A DNA stretch of 64,000 nt, from positions 1-64,000 of the IMG/VR virus record IMGVR_UViG_3300046355_000213; one strand, 5' to 3'. The position numbers and the translations under genes are program-made. Positions 8,294 through 17,544 of the stretch are shown here, one piece after another. The notes below the pieces were generated by a model. The model saw nothing but the letters and a program-made list of their open reading frames with translations. It did not search any database and had not been told where the DNA came from. How positions within the stretch are numbered: the first letter of the stretch is position 1; each line of letters begins with the position of its first letter. The stretch comes from a virus.

Positions 8294-8833
8294 ATGAGAC
8301 ACTTTAATCCTAACAAAGCTGTACAAGCCACCAAGAATGGAATCATCATTAGCTATGCTGATGAGAAAAAATCTACAATGGTACATTATGACCGTACCCT
8401 TATTCAACAACAGCAGTTGCACGGTAATAACCGTAGCACCCGGCAGTACCAACCCCAGGATATCCCTTTCAATGATCTGCAACAGTTCATCTACCGGAAA
8501 GCACTCTATGGACTGGCTGTCTACAAGCCTCAGGATGTAAAGAACCTGGAGCGCAAAGAAAAGTTTGAGATCATCAAGTTGCAGCGTAAAGCCCAGCATG
8601 TGATCAACGTGTTCAAGTTAGATACTATCAACCAAATGGTCAAAGGACTCTTTGGAAAGTACTTCTGGAACTCAGACCAAGGCAAAGAGTTTGTAGACGA
8701 AAAGTATACAGACTACAACGAAGTCTGCAGCATGAGCTTTAAAGATCTTGGGATCAATAAGCACATGGTTGCCCAAAAATTAATTGAAGCCAAGGTATTA
8801 CCTGTTGACTTCTTTCAACTGGTTGCTGCATGA
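8294..8833 (+). CDS. hypothetical protein
   Basis: 179-aa ORF. Confidence 0.75.
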   Translation: MRHFNPNKAVQATKNGIIISYADEKKSTMVHYDRTLIQQQQLHGNNRSTRQYQPQDIPFNDLQQFIYRKALYGLAVYKPQDVKNLERKEKFEIIKLQRKAQHVINVFKLDTINQMVKGLFGKYFWNSDQGKEFVDEKYTDYNEVCSMSFKDLGINKHMVAQKLIEAKVLPVDFFQLVAA

Positions 8834-9252
8834 TACAACGCAAGTTAAAAAAATGTGCAGGATGCAGCCAGGAGAAAGTCATCTGGAAAGCCCATGGCAA
8901 AGAAAAGTATTGCAAGGAGTGCTGGCTTAGCCAGTCTCCTGCAAAACCTTTGGCTAAACCAACAAGTAAGCCAAATGCAGTCAGTCAGAAGATGAAGCAG
9001 ACAATGAGTGTGTATGAAAAGAAAAGAGTCGCATTTCTTGCCCTGCACCAGTATTGTCAAGCTTCTCTTCCCGACTGTAATGCAAGAGCAACAGATGTTC
9101 ACCACATGGCAGGCAGAGGGGAAAACCATAACAATATGGATACCTGGCTTGCAGTGTGCAGGACCTGTCACCAATGGATTGAGACCAACCCTGCAAAGGC
9201 AAGAGCCATGGGCTTTTCCCTATCAAGACTGGACAGTACAGAAAAAAACTAA
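8830..9252 (+). CDS. HNH endonuclease with N-terminal Zn finger
   Basis: CAGC/CKEC, then DVHH...WLAVCRTCHQWI. Confidence 0.8.
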   Translation: MIQRKLKKCAGCSQEKVIWKAHGKEKYCKECWLSQSPAKPLAKPTSKPNAVSQKMKQTMSVYEKKRVAFLALHQYCQASLPDCNARATDVHHMAGRGENHNNMDTWLAVCRTCHQWIETNPAKARAMGFSLSRLDSTEKN

Positions 9253-9262
9253 AAACAGTAAA

Positions 9263-9646
9263 ATGTCGCATCCACTACACCATGCTATTTCTTCTGTGAA
9301 GACTCACGGAGGAGCAGTAGAAGATTACCTCCCACTCCATAACTGGTTTGATGAAACCAAGATGCACTATCCTGATATGAGACACAGAGCACTGCGTCAC
9401 CATGCAGAAGGTATATTCTGGGCAGAAGAAAAGTTCGGCGTGTTTATTATTAACTCCAAGGGTAAAATGGTTCCTACCAGGGTTCTTGGAGAACAACATG
9501 TAAAAGAAGACTTAGGGTTTATCCCTACCATCAAGGACTACCTTGATAACATGAACACCGTAGGCTGGATGTTTAAGCCAGGTGATGGCCGTAAGGTCCT
9601 TAAAGAAATCAATGAGCAAAAGCTAGATCACGTAAAACTTGACTAA
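9263..9646 (+). CDS. DUF6915-like His-rich protein
   Basis: HPLHHA...HNWFD...RHRALRHH...EQHVKEDLG; ATG 9263. Confidence 0.75.
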   Translation: MSHPLHHAISSVKTHGGAVEDYLPLHNWFDETKMHYPDMRHRALRHHAEGIFWAEEKFGVFIINSKGKMVPTRVLGEQHVKEDLGFIPTIKDYLDNMNTVGWMFKPGDGRKVLKEINEQKLDHVKLD

Positions 9647-9647
9647 T

Positions 9648-10340
9648 ATGAGTGAAATAAAAGAAGTAACGCTGAGTGACGTAAGAGCCTGGGCAAAAAA
9701 ACTGCATGAAGATGGTAACACCTTAGTTCTTCACTGGGACGGTGGTGGAGACTCTGGTTGGGTTCACTTTGAAGTTGATGGAAGAGATTTATCAACACCT
9801 GAGATAGAGTTCCTTATAAACTGGTGTTATGACGAACTGGACTACGGCTCTTGGGCTGGTGAATTTAGTGCCAGCGGTGAAGCTGTTTACAACCCGGAAG
9901 AAGAAGCCTTTATTGGTATAGACTGTTACAGTACAGAAGAATATGTATCTATCAATGATGAAGATGCTATTGTATTTATAGTACCTGCTTCTATCAAAGT
10001 AGACAGTGTAGAAATTAATATCGAAGCTGACGGAGATGAAGCAAACATCAATGTGGAAATCAGGATTACACACGGTTTCAAAACTCCGGAGTACCGAGCT
10101 ATTGAGACTAAGCTTCAAGAAGAAATTGAGGCTAAGTACTACCAAATTGTAGACAAGTACTGCAAAAATGGAGAAAGCTTCACCCCTGCCAGCTGTAACC
10201 GGTTATTTACAAAGGAAGAGATGATCTTGGAAGACAACGGACAGCACTGGGTATTAAAATGGGATGATGCAGATGTCAACCATTGGGAAAAAGAGGACAA
10301 AGATATTGTGTTAAGCTTAAAAGATAATGAAGATGAGTAA
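9648..10340 (+). CDS. DUF6878-like acidic protein
   Basis: WDGGGDSG motif, very acidic. Confidence 0.65.
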   Translation: MSEIKEVTLSDVRAWAKKLHEDGNTLVLHWDGGGDSGWVHFEVDGRDLSTPEIEFLINWCYDELDYGSWAGEFSASGEAVYNPEEEAFIGIDCYSTEEYVSINDEDAIVFIVPASIKVDSVEINIEADGDEANINVEIRITHGFKTPEYRAIETKLQEEIEAKYYQIVDKYCKNGESFTPASCNRLFTKEEMILEDNGQHWVLKWDDADVNHWEKEDKDIVLSLKDNEDE

Positions 10341-11076
10341 ACTAGCAGAGTACGAATATATCGTAGCGGGCTATGGCGGGTTTACCCTGACAGAAGCTAT
10401 GCAGTTATGGAAGACAAAGTACCGTGATGATATCCGGGACTTTTATAAGGAGGTGTGTAACCACCCTTCTATGGATGAGCTCAAAGACTATGTCACAGAA
10501 ATGTGGGACAGCATTGAGCAGGTTGATGCTACCAAAGCTTTTCAACAGCAAAATGTAGAAAAGCGTAGGGCATTCTTTGATGCAATCGGTGTAGCACGCT
10601 TGATGGATGAAATCAAACCTGAGTTACTGGATAGACAAGTCATTGTTAAAAAGCGTATGGGCTGGGATGAAAATAACAAGCAGGTAGAGCGTGAGTTCGA
10701 AGATGTGTATGAGTTGTACCTGGTTCCCAGAGAGAAGCTCTATGCAGGTATTACTGAACGTTGGTTCATGGGTAATGAAGATGCTTATGTAGTCCGCTGC
10801 TGGTGTACAACTACGAACAGAGAGTACTGGATCTTCACTGACCGCACTCAGTTTAATATGCAACGTTATAACAATGAGACCAAGCAATGGGCCAAGACTA
10901 CACCAGATGCCATCCAAGGTATTGCCTGGACTATCCGTATTGATGTAAAAGACCCGGAGCGTATTTACCGCCAGGGTGATATCATTGTAGTGAAGCATGC
11001 TCCTGATGCTGAGAAGGTAGAACCCTACCACTTGAGCAAAGAGCAGTACTTAGAATTAATGTATTCAGAAAGTTAA
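10327..11076 (+). CDS. DUF6745-like protein
   Basis: NVEKRR...IG, CWCTTTNREYW, AIAWT-like GIAWT, C-terminal RQGD. Confidence 0.65.
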   Translation: MKMSKLAEYEYIVAGYGGFTLTEAMQLWKTKYRDDIRDFYKEVCNHPSMDELKDYVTEMWDSIEQVDATKAFQQQNVEKRRAFFDAIGVARLMDEIKPELLDRQVIVKKRMGWDENNKQVEREFEDVYELYLVPREKLYAGITERWFMGNEDAYVVRCWCTTTNREYWIFTDRTQFNMQRYNNETKQWAKTTPDAIQGIAWTIRIDVKDPERIYRQGDIIVVKHAPDAEKVEPYHLSKEQYLELMYSES

Positions 11077-11087
11077 ACAACCCCTAT

Positions 11088-11336
11088 ATGAAACAGAAAG
11101 CAAAAAGAGTGGTACTTGGTGAAGGAGAAATCTTTGGCCATAAGCACATCCTGGTGTCTGACAAAGACATTGAGTTTGAAAAGACAGCTGAAGCTTTACG
11201 CTTTGAGCTGCAAGGCACTGGTATACTAAGCCATGATGAACATGCTAAGATGGTGTTTCCGCAAGGAAGCTACACAAGCTATAATCAGGTAGAGTTAAAT
11301 CCTTTTGATGGCACCGTTCAAAGAGTATTTGACTAA
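11088..11336 (+). CDS. small His-motif beta protein (DUF6745 partner)
   Basis: LGEGEIFGHKH and HDEH motifs. Confidence 0.7.
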   Translation: MKQKAKRVVLGEGEIFGHKHILVSDKDIEFEKTAEALRFELQGTGILSHDEHAKMVFPQGSYTSYNQVELNPFDGTVQRVFD

Positions 11337-12445
11337 TGGACAAAAGACAGCAAATTATTGAGGAAGCCCTCAACGCTGTTACACAAAGAAAAAGATCAAC
11401 AGCAGCCCTTAGTATGGGAGTCGGTAAGACTTTCCTGGGGCTGCGGTTCATCTCTTATCACCAAGCGTTGGTACTACACCAGCTGCGTGTATTGGTAGTA
11501 GCTCCTAAACTCACCATATTTAAAACGTGGGAGGAAGAAGCTGTAAAGTTTAACATGGCAGAGCTTCTGACTGATATGACTTTTACAACCTATCTGTCGC
11601 TGCATAAACTTGACCCCAGCCACTATGATATTGTCATTATGGACGAGTGCCACAGTTTAAAGTATAGTCACCAACCCTTCCTGGCAAACTTCAAAGGTAT
11701 TACCCTGGGACTGACCGGTACACCTCCAAGGTATGGCCGCTCAGAAAAAGGACAAATGGTCCAGCAGTTCTGTCCTGTAGCGTATACCTACATCACAGAT
11801 GACGCTGTTGAGGACAAAATCCTCAATGACTACCGCATTTATGTACACCTGGTACAACTCAGCAGTTCCATGAACCTGAAGGTAAACCTGAAAGCTCAGC
11901 AGTTTACTACCTCAGAGCAAAAGAACTATGACTACTGGACCAAAAGGTTACATGAAGCACCTTCTAAAAAGATGGAACAGATAGCCTCCGTAATGAGAAT
12001 GCGGGCCATGATGGACTACACCAGCAAGGAGCACTATGCTGCTCACCTGATGGGTACCATTGAGGAAAAATGCTTACTGTTCTGTAATACTCAGGACCAG
12101 GCTGATAAGCTTTGTGAACACAGCTACCACAGCAACAACGAGTTCAGTGATCTGCACCTGGATGCATTCAAGAAAGGACGGATACTACAGCTTAGCTGTG
12201 TGTCCCAGCTCAACGAAGGTGTAACTATTCCAGGACTAAGAGCTGGCGTCATCATGCACGCCTATGGTAATGAAAGAAAGAGTGCACAACGCATAGGACG
12301 ACTACTCAGGTTAAACCCTGATGATGTAGCCACTGTGCATATACTCTGCTATCAGGATACCGTAGACGAACGCTGGGTGAAGGAAGCCCTCAAAGACCTG
12401 GACCAGGAAAAGATCAAGTATCTACAAGTAACAAAAACAGCATGA
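11336..12445 (+). CDS. superfamily 2 (DExH) helicase
   Basis: MGVGKT, DECH, LTGT, QRIGRLLR. Confidence 0.9.
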   Translation: MDKRQQIIEEALNAVTQRKRSTAALSMGVGKTFLGLRFISYHQALVLHQLRVLVVAPKLTIFKTWEEEAVKFNMAELLTDMTFTTYLSLHKLDPSHYDIVIMDECHSLKYSHQPFLANFKGITLGLTGTPPRYGRSEKGQMVQQFCPVAYTYITDDAVEDKILNDYRIYVHLVQLSSSMNLKVNLKAQQFTTSEQKNYDYWTKRLHEAPSKKMEQIASVMRMRAMMDYTSKEHYAAHLMGTIEEKCLLFCNTQDQADKLCEHSYHSNNEFSDLHLDAFKKGRILQLSCVSQLNEGVTIPGLRAGVIMHAYGNERKSAQRIGRLLRLNPDDVATVHILCYQDTVDERWVKEALKDLDQEKIKYLQVTKTA

Positions 12446-12822
12446 AATCATTTATTGGTAAAATGGTAAAGAAGGGTACAGCATTCCAGCCTGCTAACAA
12501 GCGGGACCTGGAGCTGTACACCCTTTTTCTTGCCTGCCTGGAAGAAGGCACGTACGTAGACGTATACATGGAGATCAATGATCCCAACGGTACCCTGGCC
12601 CAGCTTGCAAAGTTACATGCGATGATCAGGGAACTATCCCTGCACACCGGTGAGAACTTTAGCGACATGAAGGTACACATCAAGGACCGGGCAGGACTTA
12701 TCACCAAGGAAGGTGGTAACATCCATGTAAAGAGTTTCAAAGATTGCAGTAAGCTTGAACTAAGCCTGGCTATTCAAGCCTGCATCACCTTGGGTGAAGA
12801 TATTAATTGCCGAGTTCACTAG
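12442..12822 (+). CDS. hypothetical protein, NinB-like
   Basis: TLAQLAKLHAMIREL...KSFKDCSKLE pattern reminiscent of NinB/YbcN. Confidence 0.6.
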   Translation: MKSFIGKMVKKGTAFQPANKRDLELYTLFLACLEEGTYVDVYMEINDPNGTLAQLAKLHAMIRELSLHTGENFSDMKVHIKDRAGLITKEGGNIHVKSFKDCSKLELSLAIQACITLGEDINCRVH

Positions 12823-13090
12823 GGTCCCTGTAATCCACTAAGTTCTTAGCGATTGCAGTTTCCTCTATGCCTTTAAGCAGGCTGATCACGGTAATGTAAT
12901 GTTTCATCCAGAGTTCACTTTCAGGAGCATCCTGCTGCATAGCAGTATTGAGTGCTTCCAGTTGTTCGGGAGTCTTGTCAGCTACTAAGAACATAGACAG
13001 TTCATAAAGCCTTTTGATGTAACCAGTACCTAGTTCTATAGGGACCATTGTGTCCTTTTTAAGGACCGGGATGCCATTTGGGTTGCTCAT
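12803..13090 (-). CDS. hypothetical protein
   Basis: ATG 13090; own TATATTTG promoter box at 13118-13111 on minus strand. Confidence 0.7.
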   Translation of the reverse strand: MSNPNGIPVLKKDTMVPIELGTGYIKRLYELSMFLVADKTPEQLEALNTAMQQDAPESELWMKHYITVISLLKGIEETAIAKNLVDYRDPSELGN

Positions 13091-13131
13091 AAGATGTACA
13101 AAGATTTCTACAAATATAAACAAGTTCTACA

Positions 13132-13854
13132 ATGAATGCAATACAAGTTGATATTCAAGCTGTTCAAGAAAAACTGGTGGACAAACTGCGTCCATCAGGT
13201 TGGGCAGACAAACTAAAAGCTTTCATCATGACAGAAGACTTTGCAGATATCCTGCAAAAGCTAAAAGTCATGAGAGATGAAGACAAACGGTTTACCCCTC
13301 CCCTCAAAGATGTCTTTGCTGCCTTTGAACAGTGCCCGTACCAAAACCTAAAGGTGGTGGTGATTGGACAAGATCCCTACCCTCAATTAGGGGTAGCAGA
13401 CGGCATTGCATTTTCCTGTGGAAAAACCATGGCCATGCAACCTTCTTTAAAATATTTACTGGAAGCTGTAGAAGACACCGTCTATGCAGGCTTTCCTACA
13501 CAGGAAGACCCTAACCTGGCCCGCTGGGCTAACCAGGGTGTACTACTACTGAATACGGCACTGACCGTAGAAGTGAACAAAGTGGGTTCACACTATGACC
13601 TATGGCAACCCTTTATTGCCTATGTAATTGATATCCTGTCCTGGAACAACCCAGGGCTTATCTGGATATTCATGGGTAAGAAGGCCCAGGAGCTGGAGAG
13701 CTTGGTAAGTAGTAACCACTACAAGTTTGAGATCTCACACCCTGCCAGTGCAGCTTATCAAAAAGCCAGCAAGTGGGAATGCGAAGACGTTTTTAACAAG
13801 ACAAACAAAATACTGGAGGCCAACAACGGCAGTTCATTTAAAATTCAATGGTAA
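13132..13854 (+). CDS. ung: uracil-DNA glycosylase (family 1)
   Basis: GQDPY, GIAFS, QGVLLLNTALTV, SHPAS. Confidence 0.93.
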   Translation: MNAIQVDIQAVQEKLVDKLRPSGWADKLKAFIMTEDFADILQKLKVMRDEDKRFTPPLKDVFAAFEQCPYQNLKVVVIGQDPYPQLGVADGIAFSCGKTMAMQPSLKYLLEAVEDTVYAGFPTQEDPNLARWANQGVLLLNTALTVEVNKVGSHYDLWQPFIAYVIDILSWNNPGLIWIFMGKKAQELESLVSSNHYKFEISHPASAAYQKASKWECEDVFNKTNKILEANNGSSFKIQW

Positions 13855-13857
13855 GTT

Positions 13858-14223
13858 ATGACACAAAACAAAACCAACCGCGTAGAGCTCTTTGTGAGCA
13901 CCTTATTAGAAGACCTTAAAGGTGGTCTGTCATGGTACAAAAAAGATGACCAGGGCTTTGGCTCCGTCCAGCAAAAGTATGACGCCTCAGACAGTGAGGT
14001 ATTGGCTATTAAGAATCACCCTGCCCTTAAAAATGCAGAGCCTGTGTTCCGCGTCTTTGTGGTCATTGATGACACCAAGGAAGCTAAGACAGAACGCAAG
14101 CGTGAAGAGGTTCCTGTTGCACAGCAGGAGCAGTTGTTTGCTGTTGAGCCTGAAGTATTCCAGGAACAACCAGACTACGAACATACTCCTGAAGCAGGGG
14201 TAGAAGAATTTTTGAGTTTATAA
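13858..14223 (+). CDS. hypothetical protein
   Basis: 121-aa ORF. Confidence 0.7.
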   Translation: MTQNKTNRVELFVSTLLEDLKGGLSWYKKDDQGFGSVQQKYDASDSEVLAIKNHPALKNAEPVFRVFVVIDDTKEAKTERKREEVPVAQQEQLFAVEPEVFQEQPDYEHTPEAGVEEFLSL

Positions 14224-14232
14224 AAACACTTT

Positions 14233-15369
14233 ATGTACAAAAAAGAAATGGCTAAGAAAATTAAACAGACAACTGCAGAAGTAAGAAAGATCAACACCTC
14301 CTTGATAGGTAAGGAAGAAGTATTCAGAATGTTAAGTTTGGCAGAAGCTACCAGCTTGCCCTTATTATTGGAAGGCCCTCCGGGTGTAGCTAAGACCAAA
14401 GCGGTTATTGACTATGCTAAAGCATACTTGTTGAAAAGTGGTAAGGCTACCGAAGATGATTTCATGAGCAAAATCTTTATCCTGGAAACAGATGAAGGCA
14501 CTAAGCAATCAGAGATCAAAGGTATGCCTGATTTTGACAAGCTTTTCACGCAAAACAAGTATGAGCTCTTTGCTCCTATTGCCAATGCAGAGGTAGTGAT
14601 TATCAACGAGGTGGACAAAGCCAGTTCTGCTATCCGTAACGCGATGCTGGGTGTTATGGCAGAGAAGTTTCTTTTCTCTGGTAAACACAAGATCAAGTGT
14701 AACTGGAAACTCTTTGTAGGTACTTGTAATGAAATCCCTAAAGATGAGGTAGACTCTCCTTTCTGGGACCGTTTCATGCTGAAGATGGGCGTATCCCGTG
14801 TAGGTGCCGGTGAAATGGCTAAGTACTACAAGCAGGGAGACAAAGCCTATATCCAGGATATTAACATCAATGTGCCTTCTGTGGCTGAGATGGGCTCTGT
14901 GGCAGTGAGCACCAACAAGGTGGAGAAGTTTCTGGACGTAGGTTATACATCACTGTCTGACCGTACCCTGACTTTCGTACCTAAGTTGACTAAAGCAGTC
15001 AGCTATATCTGGGACTGCTCTGTTGACAAAGCATTGATCAAGGTAGCAGATATCATGATCGGCAATGGTGCAGGTACCAAGCTTGGTGAGAAGCTGACAT
15101 CTACTGAGATGAAGGTGATCTTTAACAAAATTGAGTTTCTTAAGAGCCACAATGAAAAACGTCAGCTTGACCTGGCAGTAGCCGAGATTGAGATGATGGT
15201 ACAAGGTTATGCTTCCAAAAACCTCCTTGACCAGGAGCAAATTGACGAGCTACAAACAACACTCCAGTACATGCTCAATGCACATCCGGCTAACAACCAG
15301 GGAGACATTGATGAAGAGATCCTGGAAGAGTTGATGGACGTAGACGTTGCAGATGCATCACCATTTTAA
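14233..15369 (+). CDS. MoxR/RavA-like AAA+ ATPase
   Basis: GPPGVAKT, IINEVDKA, FWDRF. Confidence 0.88.
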   Translation: MYKKEMAKKIKQTTAEVRKINTSLIGKEEVFRMLSLAEATSLPLLLEGPPGVAKTKAVIDYAKAYLLKSGKATEDDFMSKIFILETDEGTKQSEIKGMPDFDKLFTQNKYELFAPIANAEVVIINEVDKASSAIRNAMLGVMAEKFLFSGKHKIKCNWKLFVGTCNEIPKDEVDSPFWDRFMLKMGVSRVGAGEMAKYYKQGDKAYIQDININVPSVAEMGSVAVSTNKVEKFLDVGYTSLSDRTLTFVPKLTKAVSYIWDCSVDKALIKVADIMIGNGAGTKLGEKLTSTEMKVIFNKIEFLKSHNEKRQLDLAVAEIEMMVQGYASKNLLDQEQIDELQTTLQYMLNAHPANNQGDIDEEILEELMDVDVADASPF

Positions 15370-15377
15370 TAAACAAC

Positions 15378-17084
15378 ATGGCTAAGAGACAATATACCAA
15401 TGTGTATACCATCTTGGACAAAGCCAGAAAAGGGGAGCTGGAGCTGCAAGATCAGCCCAGCACCCTTTTTAAAGCTGTAGTCCCTTATAAGCGGCCTGAT
15501 ATTATCAAGCCTTCTGTGCATTACCTGGATGAAAAAGTTATTAACCGCTACGTGCACAATCACGTAATGAACACAAATAACCTGCAAAAAGTACAGACAC
15601 ATCTAAGTCATATTGGTGTACATAAATCTACCAATGAGATTATGAGTGATTTGAGTGACATCATACACAAGTTTCCCAAAGGACTTAAAAATGACATCTT
15701 TAACTTGTTTAACAAAGACGTAAGTGATTTAACCTTTACGGACCGTGGAGAAGACAACAAGATGCGCTACAAGTTCATTGAGAAAGCCAATCAACCGGTG
15801 CACAAAATCATGACCAAGGGCTCTAATGCCAAAAGCCTCATCTTTACCCAACACGTAATGGAGTACTTCACCCGGGTGATGCTCATGCAAAAGTATAAAG
15901 ATGAAGAGAAGTTTGAGCAAATGCAGCAGCAAATGCAGCAGGAAGTAGAGATGTGCATGAATCCTCAGCCAGGTTCCGGACAAGGAAAGCCCGGTCCTTC
16001 AGGACAGCAGCCTCCGCAACCACAGCCCCAGGAGCAGCAACAACCTCAGGACAGCAATGATCCAGGAGATGAGCAACCAGGTGAGTCAGAATCTCAGGAT
16101 CCTCAAGATCAGTCTGGTAACAATGACTCGGGTCCTTCTCAGTCTAATGAAGCAAACGGTGGTAATGGTGCCAGTAAAGGTGGTAATACCCAGGATAATA
16201 CAATGACAGAAAAGCAGCTGGATAAAATGCTCAATGACATGCTTAACAAGCGTTCTAAGGACTTAGATACTTTGATGAACCAAGCTCAGGCAGCCTGTGA
16301 AATGCTGGATGAAGCTCATAGTACTGAAGAACAAAACAGTCTTTGGGAAGACGCTCAAAGAGGAGATGCTGCTGGAAAATCACTGGACGTACAAAAGATC
16401 CAAGAACTGGCTGCACAACTTAAGACCATGAAGATGGCCATGGGTAGTGTGAAGCAGTTTATTAAGAAGATCATGGATAACAGTGTAAGCTATTTCTCTG
16501 CTAAGGAGCAAAGCACCTATGAACCATTGCTTGAGTCCGGTCACATAGACCAGGTACAGGATGTGTATATGCTTCACCCTAAGCTTAGAAAATTCATGAT
16601 GGATGATATCATGGTCAAAGAAACTAAGCGCATAGGTAAGATCAACCTATACATTGACAACTCAGGGTCTATGAGTAGTTCCTGTGGCGCTCAGGATGAA
16701 GAAGGTAACTATATTCAACGCCTGAACTTTGCCAAGGGCTTTGCCCTGAAGATGCTGGAAATGGATCTATTGGCTGAAGTCTTTATTTTTAATGACCATG
16801 TAGTAAAACGCAAGACAACTGTGTCTGACATTGCAAAGATTAACTGCAGTGGTGGAACAGATACTAGCAATATGGTAAGACACATTAAAAATTCAGGCAA
16901 GAACGCTATTGTTATTACAGACGCCACAGACAGGTGTGATATATACTCCGACAAAGCTTATTTCATAGGCACAGAAGGAGCAACATTTCATGGTTTTTCT
17001 AACCTGGATGAATACAAACACCAAATGTGTGTCTTTGATGGCAGAAAAGTGAGAAAAGTAGACTCTAATGGGTATGCTGTATAA
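15378..17084 (+). CDS. vWA (MIDAS) domain protein, MoxR partner
   Basis: DNSGSMS, GGTD, ITD; Q/S/G-rich linker. Confidence 0.88.
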   Translation: MAKRQYTNVYTILDKARKGELELQDQPSTLFKAVVPYKRPDIIKPSVHYLDEKVINRYVHNHVMNTNNLQKVQTHLSHIGVHKSTNEIMSDLSDIIHKFPKGLKNDIFNLFNKDVSDLTFTDRGEDNKMRYKFIEKANQPVHKIMTKGSNAKSLIFTQHVMEYFTRVMLMQKYKDEEKFEQMQQQMQQEVEMCMNPQPGSGQGKPGPSGQQPPQPQPQEQQQPQDSNDPGDEQPGESESQDPQDQSGNNDSGPSQSNEANGGNGASKGGNTQDNTMTEKQLDKMLNDMLNKRSKDLDTLMNQAQAACEMLDEAHSTEEQNSLWEDAQRGDAAGKSLDVQKIQELAAQLKTMKMAMGSVKQFIKKIMDNSVSYFSAKEQSTYEPLLESGHIDQVQDVYMLHPKLRKFMMDDIMVKETKRIGKINLYIDNSGSMSSSCGAQDEEGNYIQRLNFAKGFALKMLEMDLLAEVFIFNDHVVKRKTTVSDIAKINCSGGTDTSNMVRHIKNSGKNAIVITDATDRCDIYSDKAYFIGTEGATFHGFSNLDEYKHQMCVFDGRKVRKVDSNGYAV

Positions 17085-17088
17085 TGAG

Positions 17089-17114
17089 AAAGGGGTTGAA
17101 ATACACCCCTTTTT
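17089..17114 (+). terminator. rho-independent terminator
   Basis: AAAGGGGT...ACCCCTTTTT. Confidence 0.65.
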
Positions 17115-17205
17115 ATTATTACCATTTGGTAACCTGCTAACCTAAGTAAAATTTGAATATAAGCAACATTATAACTCTGCTCTATATTTGAATAAACAAA
17201 CAAAC

Positions 17206-17544
17206 ATGGCCGTCACTAAAACAAAGAAAAAAAACACTGTTACTGCTAAAGTAACCCGTAAGCATGACATTAAACCAGACTCTACACCTACAAAAACATA
17301 CTTGTATAAAGTAGAGGAAGGTGTACTAATTCAAGGTGTAAGAAATTCAACAACTAATCTTCAATTTCCTTTTGAGTTGATGAAGCCAGGTGATAGTTTT
17401 TTATTACCACCTAATGACCCTGCTACCAAATCACCTAATACACTACATTATGCTGCTAAAGCTTACGCAAGAATGAAACCTGGGTTTATTATTACCTCCA
17501 GAATGCAGTTAGACAAAAGCCGTAGAGTTTGGAGACTGAAATAA
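17206..17544 (+). CDS. small basic putative DNA-binding protein
   Basis: FPFELMKPGDSF...RVWR pattern; TATATTTG at 17183-17190 upstream. Confidence 0.7.
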   Translation: MAVTKTKKKNTVTAKVTRKHDIKPDSTPTKTYLYKVEEGVLIQGVRNSTTNLQFPFELMKPGDSFLLPPNDPATKSPNTLHYAAKAYARMKPGFIITSRMQLDKSRRVWRLK

